Below are positions 58,392 to 64,000 of a DNA stretch of 64,000 bases, in pieces; position 1 is the first letter of the stretch; every line of letters starts with the position of its first letter. The stretch is from an uncultured virus (IMG/VR IMGVR_UViG_3300042154_002964) (taxonomy: Duplodnaviria > Heunggongvirae > Uroviricota > Caudoviricetes): IMG/VR virus record IMGVR_UViG_3300042154_002964; one strand, written 5' to 3'. Made by a program: the position numbers and the translations under genes. The notes below the pieces were generated by a model that did no database searches, had not been told where the DNA came from, and saw only the letters and a list, made by a program, of their open reading frames with translations.

Positions 58392-58723
58392 TAATCCATA
58401 TTATAAATTGTTTGTAACTGAGGTTTTCTTTCACAATTTACCAATAATAAGATATTCTCAAGTTTTTCATTAAAGTCGTGAACATCAAAACTTTTTCTCA
58501 TTACAAAATTAATAATGATTAAACCATTATCAACATTAAACTCAATATTGTATTCTGATATATTTCTACGGTAGTTCTTATTTACAAATGAGTTAACCAT
58601 ATTGTGAAATAAATGGATGTCATATTGTTCAAAACAAGGACGACTACGATGAATATGAATAGGGACTCTACCTATCATAGTATCAAGTCTCCTATCGTTA
58701 TGTGTTATATTCAGTGTTCCCAT
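58367..58723 (-). CDS. hypothetical protein
   Basis: ORF convergent with DHFR. Confidence 0.55.
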   Translation of the reverse strand: MGTLNITHNDRRLDTMIGRVPIHIHRSRPCFEQYDIHLFHNMVNSFVNKNYRRNISEYNIEFNVDNGLIIINFVMRKSFDVHDFNEKLENILLLVNCERKPQLQTIYNMDYQFWDSNR

Positions 58724-58776
58724 AGTTGAAATTATAGTAAATAAAAAATCCCCAATCAAGTTGGGGATTATATGTT

Positions 58777-59166
58777 TTACCACTGAGGGTCTTTATCTTT
58801 TCGTTCAATATTATCTTCAATAATCTTAACCTGAATTTCTCTTGACTTACCAACAGAATTAACTTTGAGGTAATACTCAATATTGTGATATATTTGGAAA
58901 CAATCAACGAATCTAATACCTCCCAATATTGTTGATACGTGCACTTTAAAAATAGTTAATGTAAATCCTGGATAAATCTCAGTCTCTTTCTCAACATTAT
59001 TAACTGTGATTGAGTCAATACTTGTAACGTCATTTAAGATTTCAGGGTCAACCCAATCAGGTGTTGCTTGATTTTCATCAGCAATGTCCCATAACAAATT
59101 CAAACAATCATCGGTTAATTTTTGATAGAGACCTACTAATTTATTTTCGCTGATTAAAACTTTCAT
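58777..59166 (-). CDS. hypothetical protein with MKVLISE module
   Basis: TATTTAT at 59171-59177. Confidence 0.7.
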   Translation of the reverse strand: MKVLISENKLVGLYQKLTDDCLNLLWDIADENQATPDWVDPEILNDVTSIDSITVNNVEKETEIYPGFTLTIFKVHVSTILGGIRFVDCFQIYHNIEYYLKVNSVGKSREIQVKIIEDNIERKDKDPQW

Positions 59167-59218
59167 ACAAATAAATATGGTGTTAAACAAAAAACCCACC
59201 TGATGAGGTGGGTTTTAA

Positions 59219-59404
59219 TTAACTCATTAATTTCTTAATGGATAACATAATTTGTACTTGTTTATTTTCTAATACTTTAATACGTTTCATCTGTTCATCA
59301 TTCATTTCAAAGTGTTCAGCTTTAATTTCCGATATTTGATTTCCGACTCTAGTATGTTCGTTTAGTAATTGTCCGTACATCTGTGCTTTTTGAGAATTTT
59401 CCAT
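59219..59404 (-). CDS. small coiled-coil protein
   Basis: 61-aa ORF followed by a terminator. Confidence 0.65.
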   Translation of the reverse strand: MENSQKAQMYGQLLNEHTRVGNQISEIKAEHFEMNDEQMKRIKVLENKQVQIMLSIKKLMS

Positions 59405-59443
59405 AACTGTAATATAATAATGTTTGTTTTAATATCAAGGATT

Positions 59444-59998
59444 TTATGCAAATTCAATTTCACACAGATACCCCATTTTATCTGTGTAATTTTTTTGAAA
59501 GTGTTTTGCAGTTAACCATAAAAATTCATCACGATATTCATTAACAACTGCGAAATAATCATCATCATCATTTTCAACAGGGTACAATTCATCAAATGGT
59601 CTACCACCATCAACGATTGTGCTGAAATCAATATCAATCCAAACCGTAACATCTTTATCTTTAGTGTTAACATCAATACGAGCGAACCTAACGTCACCAC
59701 TTAAATCATCATCACTTAATGTTATTTGGATGTAATCTTTCGACATATATAAATGGGGACTTGATGTTGATTGGTTAAACTTATAACCATCTTCCTCAAA
59801 ATACTTTAATGGGTTTATGTTATGTTCTTCATTCCATTCTAAAACCCAACCTTCAAGATGATGGTGAAAAGACATCGGCATACGCATTAACTTCATCAAA
59901 TTTTCATCAATTGACGCATACCCCCGTTTATCCCAAATCTTTCTAAATGATTTTTTCCAAACATCCATTAATTGGTCCTCAGTTATTAATACTTTCAT
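59444..59998 (-). CDS. hypothetical protein with MKVLITEDQ module
   Basis: 184-aa ORF. Confidence 0.75.
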   Translation of the reverse strand: MKVLITEDQLMDVWKKSFRKIWDKRGYASIDENLMKLMRMPMSFHHHLEGWVLEWNEEHNINPLKYFEEDGYKFNQSTSSPHLYMSKDYIQITLSDDDLSGDVRFARIDVNTKDKDVTVWIDIDFSTIVDGGRPFDELYPVENDDDDYFAVVNEYRDEFLWLTAKHFQKNYTDKMGYLCEIEFA

Positions 59999-60003
59999 AA
60001 ATA

Positions 60004-60636
60004 TTATGCGTCTTTACGTTTACCTAAACCGGCCTTTGGTATGTAAACAATGGGTTCCCATAACCAACTAACATTAGGTATTACTTTTGTTAATTTTTCT
60101 ATAACACGGAAATCACTACAAGACCAAGAATCCCAAATAGCATCTTTCGAATATTTGAAATTGAATCCAATACAGGACCCCCCAATTTTAGTTAATCTCA
60201 TATCACCATAACTAAGAGGTAATGTTCTACCACTTGAAAATTTCATCCTCCAAGCAACTAAAGTATCATCATCAACGGTGTTGATTTTCTTGACCACTTT
60301 TTGAACTGAATTTTTATCAATAAATAAATCATCATCATCCAAATAAATTATCCAACCATCAGTAACTTTTTCATTTAAAATGTTAAGATATAGGTTATGA
60401 ACCATTTTACGACTTCTACGTGGTGGTTCAGTGTCCGATTGAATTACATTTTCTTTATCTATTAGGACATAATCTGTAATCCCCATTTCTTCAATATAAG
60501 GGATTGAATCTTTATCATCGGTACAAACAATATGTCGAATATTCTTATATGTTTGAGACCTAACAGATTCAACATTCCTTTTAAAACCTATTGGTCGTCC
60601 TGAAGTTCTTGTTAAAATATTAATTAATGGTTCCAT
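60004..60636 (-). CDS. GT2-family glycosyltransferase
   Basis: INILTRTSGR...SVRSQTY...YLDDDD. Confidence 0.82.
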   Translation of the reverse strand: MEPLINILTRTSGRPIGFKRNVESVRSQTYKNIRHIVCTDDKDSIPYIEEMGITDYVLIDKENVIQSDTEPPRRSRKMVHNLYLNILNEKVTDGWIIYLDDDDLFIDKNSVQKVVKKINTVDDDTLVAWRMKFSSGRTLPLSYGDMRLTKIGGSCIGFNFKYSKDAIWDSWSCSDFRVIEKLTKVIPNVSWLWEPIVYIPKAGLGKRKDA

Positions 60637-60651
60637 ATATTAATATAAATA

Positions 60652-61044
60652 TTAGAAAAAAAAGTTACGGGAATGGATTCTACAAACTTCATCATTCAAA
60701 TGATTCAAATATCTCCCAAATGTTTGGTCAGACCTAATTCCCGACATTATTCCCTTATCTAAATTGGGGTGTAACATAACAGTATTCTTATCCCCACCAT
60801 ATATATAGATTTTATTATGAAATGGGAACCCATTCATACTATAATAAATTGCGTCAAAATCAAAAACTTTACCACCAATACGATATCTAACATCAAAACT
60901 ATTAGGGTCGTACATTGTATAATAATTAGTATTAATCCTGACAAAATAATGGTCCTCAAAATAACTAATAGTATACTCGCAAGGACAAAAGAAATTCATA
61001 AATTTCTCAACTATCCTAAATTTTTTCAATTCAATCTCATCCAT
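60652..61044 (-). CDS. hypothetical protein
   Basis: 130-aa ORF. Confidence 0.6.
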   Translation of the reverse strand: MDEIELKKFRIVEKFMNFFCPCEYTISYFEDHYFVRINTNYYTMYDPNSFDVRYRIGGKVFDFDAIYYSMNGFPFHNKIYIYGGDKNTVMLHPNLDKGIMSGIRSDQTFGRYLNHLNDEVCRIHSRNFFF

Positions 61045-61096
61045 ATTAGAATATTAAATAAAATTTCATTAATTTAGTAGTATCAAATATTGAATT

Positions 61097-61456
61097 ATGG
61101 AAAATTTTGACAAAATAAGAGAAGTCGTAATCAAATGTATCAAACGAAAATACGACAATAGTAAAATAACCTTCACCAATGATAATAACATATATCAACT
61201 TGATATTCGAATTTTTAGTAATTCCCCAACAAAACAATTAGAATGTGTTTGTGATGTTGAAGAGATATTAAAATTATGTCACATTAAAGAAGATATTAAA
61301 ATTAGAGTTAATGACCGTAATCGGTTATTTATTCATATTGACGTAATAAGTGAAAATTTAGTAAAATTTAGGAAAAAATTGGATTTACCAACACCAGTAA
61401 TTACGGCAATACAGAATAGTTCTTATGGAATACATTGTAATACTGACCCAATATGA
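61097..61456 (+). CDS. hypothetical protein
   Basis: 119 aa; first of three overlapping ORFs. Confidence 0.6.
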   Translation: MENFDKIREVVIKCIKRKYDNSKITFTNDNNIYQLDIRIFSNSPTKQLECVCDVEEILKLCHIKEDIKIRVNDRNRLFIHIDVISENLVKFRKKLDLPTPVITAIQNSSYGIHCNTDPI

Positions 61457-61806
61457 TAGATAATATTTTCAGAAAATTCTTTTGGAGTATAGACGCAATT
61501 GAATTACGTTCACAAGATAGAGTTATGACCGTTTACGGTAGACAAGTAGGGTATTTAACTCTAGGTATCGCACCTAAAAATAAATTAGTTCCTGACGAAC
61601 TAAAAAGTTATAATGGTGTTGTTGATACCGTCAAAATAATTATTCGTGACCACGCCAACATTAATCAAGCCCCACTAAGAGAATGGGGTAAAATGTGTTG
61701 TATTAAAGAATGTGATTTTGACCATTACATTAAACAAGTTTATATTGAAACATTACAACGTAAACGACGAGAAGAATTAATTAAGCCACATAAATTCATT
61801 TGGTGA
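61453..61806 (+). CDS. hypothetical protein
   Basis: 117 aa; ATGA overlap. Confidence 0.6.
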   Translation: MIDNIFRKFFWSIDAIELRSQDRVMTVYGRQVGYLTLGIAPKNKLVPDELKSYNGVVDTVKIIIRDHANINQAPLREWGKMCCIKECDFDHYIKQVYIETLQRKRREELIKPHKFIW

Positions 61807-62144
61807 TGAAAGATATTGATATTAGATTATTGATTAAAAAAACAATATGTAAAATGGAGTCCCCATTCTCTTCGGTTAATGTGAAGATTTCAAAATTAAT
61901 GTACTTAGATAGTGAAGTTTCACAACTATCTTTCAGTGCATCAACATATTATCTTGTAACACAAAATAAAAATATTTATGAAATTGAAGTCATATACCAC
62001 CCCCGTTCATTTCTGTCATCAACATTTGAACAAAGAAATAAATACGAGAATAGAGCAACCAATTCAATACAATTAATGTTAGGTGGGTTATTAAAAGTCG
62101 AACCTGAAGATATCAAACTCAAGTTCATTATTGGGGGATGTTAA
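61800..62144 (+). CDS. hypothetical protein
   Basis: 114-aa ORF. Confidence 0.6.
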   Translation: MVMKDIDIRLLIKKTICKMESPFSSVNVKISKLMYLDSEVSQLSFSASTYYLVTQNKNIYEIEVIYHPRSFLSSTFEQRNKYENRATNSIQLMLGGLLKVEPEDIKLKFIIGGC

Positions 62145-62377
62145 TACTGTTTCAGTAGAATAGTTGTGTCACTATCGGATTTGAAATTTTCAACTGACTT
62201 GTAAGTGTTGTAAGTTACCTTCAACACTTTTTCATCATTGGGGATATTAACATACCCGTCGAAATTAGAATAATAAATAGACTTGTCAGTGGTTACTTTA
62301 ACTGCCGGTAATGTCTCTTTGGTCTCAACATCTAAGAACCAAACCTTAATCATCAATGCTAATATTACTGTTTTCAT
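62141..62377 (-). CDS. small protein resembling a carboxypeptidase-regulatory-like domain
   Basis: DVETKETLPAVKV...YSNFDGY...VTYNTY. Confidence 0.55.
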   Translation of the reverse strand: MKTVILALMIKVWFLDVETKETLPAVKVTTDKSIYYSNFDGYVNIPNDEKVLKVTYNTYKSVENFKSDSDTTILLKQY

Positions 62378-62464
62378 ACTAATACGTATATTAAATTTTA
62401 CTCAAATGGCCCGAAAATTGATTTATTAACGTTTTATTAATATATTTAATAATAAAGTAACATT

Positions 62465-62809
62465 ATGAAAAAATTTCTAATCTCAGTAATGTTTCTTCTA
62501 ATCAGTTACATATCATATGCACAAGAAGAAGAAATAACAATGGTTGTTTCAACATACAGTAACAACACCATTGAACAAACAGGTTTCCTTGACAAAAATG
62601 GGAAAAAAGATTCCGTATGGACTCAATATAATGAAGTAGGTAAGATAATCGGTGTGGGGTCATATTCCCACGGGGTTAAAGACGGGTATTGGTATTGTTA
62701 TAACGATAACGGACGTAAAATCTTTGAAGTCCTATATGTTAACGGAGAAAAAAGAAAAGGTAAACAATGGGATGATAAGGGACATCTTATTGATAAAAGA
62801 AAGTGGTAA
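62465..62809 (+). CDS. secreted MORN-variant repeat protein
   Basis: Signal peptide; GKKDSVWTQY, GVKDGYWYCY repeats. Confidence 0.75.
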   Translation: MKKFLISVMFLLISYISYAQEEEITMVVSTYSNNTIEQTGFLDKNGKKDSVWTQYNEVGKIIGVGSYSHGVKDGYWYCYNDNGRKIFEVLYVNGEKRKGKQWDDKGHLIDKRKW

Positions 62810-62823
62810 ACAAAAACCCCAAG

Positions 62824-63279
62824 TTAATCTTGGGGTTCATTAAAATATAATGACTTATCAACGTTTTTAATTTGAATACTAAAACTAGAACTTGTGAAAT
62901 TAGGCCCTAACATACGTAAGTCCATTTTTAACATTGTTTGAATATTTGCGACCCATATATAAGGATGACCATCTTTATAAATTTTTTCTACAGGATAATT
63001 GTATAAACCATTATAATTACCATCATCATTATTAATGAATACAACCCACGGGAATGGTTTATCCGGAATTAATTCAAGTACGTAGTCGTAATGTCTTCTA
63101 AAATCATCCTCATAATCCCACTGTCTCTCACCCTCAAATAAATCAACAAGTTCAACTTCAAATTTAAAATCAGTTTTAATACCTGCATATAATTTAAAAT
63201 ATCGGTTAATCATCACAGTTGCGAATTTTTGAATTGTTTTCAAAACACTCTCATCGGTAATATCTCTTTTTTTTTCCAT
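62824..63279 (-). CDS. hypothetical protein
   Basis: KRDITDES N-terminus; TATTTAT upstream. Confidence 0.7.
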   Translation of the reverse strand: MEKKRDITDESVLKTIQKFATVMINRYFKLYAGIKTDFKFEVELVDLFEGERQWDYEDDFRRHYDYVLELIPDKPFPWVVFINNDDGNYNGLYNYPVEKIYKDGHPYIWVANIQTMLKMDLRMLGPNFTSSSFSIQIKNVDKSLYFNEPQD

Positions 63280-63337
63280 ATCAATAAATATGTTATTGTT
63301 CAATAAACTAACCTAGTTTATCGTAGCAAATTTATGT

Positions 63338-63592
63338 TTATCGTTTCACTTCCAAATCCTTAAATGAGTCGGGGTTAATGAATTCTGATTCAAGATAAGT
63401 AACAACAGACCTCATCACCTCACCCTCAGTCTGATTACTTTTCTCACCAGCAATACGAATTACCATCGCTAACGCACCCGATAATACAGATAATGATTCA
63501 CCGTATTCTATTGATTCCTTATTAGTCCCCAAATCCAAATACAATCTCCCGTCTTCACGAACTTCATATCCTATCTTAATGTAATTCTCCAT
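63338..63592 (-). CDS. hypothetical protein
   Basis: 84 aa; TATCTTTG upstream. Confidence 0.65.
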   Translation of the reverse strand: MENYIKIGYEVREDGRLYLDLGTNKESIEYGESLSVLSGALAMVIRIAGEKSNQTEGEVMRSVVTYLESEFINPDSFKDLEVKR

Positions 63593-63642
63593 AAATCAAA
63601 GATACAAAAAAACCCCACTTAAAAAAAGAGGGGCTTCATATA

Positions 63643-64000
63643 TTATTTTACCGTATCAATACTATTAATTTCCCAATCAATCTCATTGAACATTCGTTTT
63701 AATTTATATTCATATGTTCGATTAAACCAATCAACGATTAAATCAGGATTATTACCAAAGACTTCAAATAATTTAGAGTATCTTGGTTCCAAATATAATC
63801 TCCTATCATCTGAACCATAATCATTATCAAAAAACCCAATTAACTTAGAATTAAGATTAAATCTGTCTTTATCTATAACATAGATGTTAACACCATCTTC
63901 TGATGGGCTCATTACAAATTTAACATTCTCAGGTAATAACTGAGGGGCAACGTGTTTGATGTATTTATCAATCGTATTATCTTTTTTAGATTCGGTATTC
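63643..64000 (-). CDS. hypothetical protein, 3' part (start outside window)
   Basis: Frame stays open to the window edge (...NTESKKDNTIDKYIKHVAPQ...MSPSE). Confidence 0.65.
   Translation of the reverse strand, partial: NTESKKDNTIDKYIKHVAPQLLPENVKFVMSPSEDGVNIYVIDKDRFNLNSKLIGFFDNDYGSDDRRLYLEPRYSKLFEVFGNNPDLIVDWFNRTYEYKLKRMFNEIDWEINSIDTVK

Overview
This 64-kb window is AT-rich and densely coded, and looks like part of a very large (jumbo/huge) lytic phage. The host is most likely Bacteroidota: TAnnTTTG promoters recur, Shine-Dalgarno sites are generally absent, and there is a T9SS-type protein. The genetic code is standard. RNA content: a tmRNA, a ~0.9-kb GOLLD-like ornate ncRNA, and 27 tRNA genes covering all 20 amino acids (26 in two minus-strand sub-arrays), interleaved with tRNA-like and other structured RNAs. 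Protein content: an RNA-repair cluster (two RNA ligases, phosphoesterases), an N-domain-less ClpC, cell-wall hydrolases, a GAF-PAS-PAS histidine kinase/response-regulator operon, glycosyl- and methyltransferases, thyA, DHFR, and many hypothetical proteins sharing an (I/L)-T/N-E peptide module. Most striking observation: each tRNA sub-array is preceded by a short leader ORF plus a terminator/antiterminator pair, and the leader codons match, isoacceptor by isoacceptor, the tRNAs of the sub-array behind it. This looks like a tRNA-pool-sensing attenuation system. Other highlights are a 17-nt complement to the Bacteroidota 16S rRNA 3' end, a circularly permuted (YrlA-like) tRNA mimic, and a frameshift-linked FkbM-GT2-dead GH19 fusion. 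All calls were made by eye without database searches; tRNA ends may be off by 1-2 nt and ncRNA boundaries are approximate.
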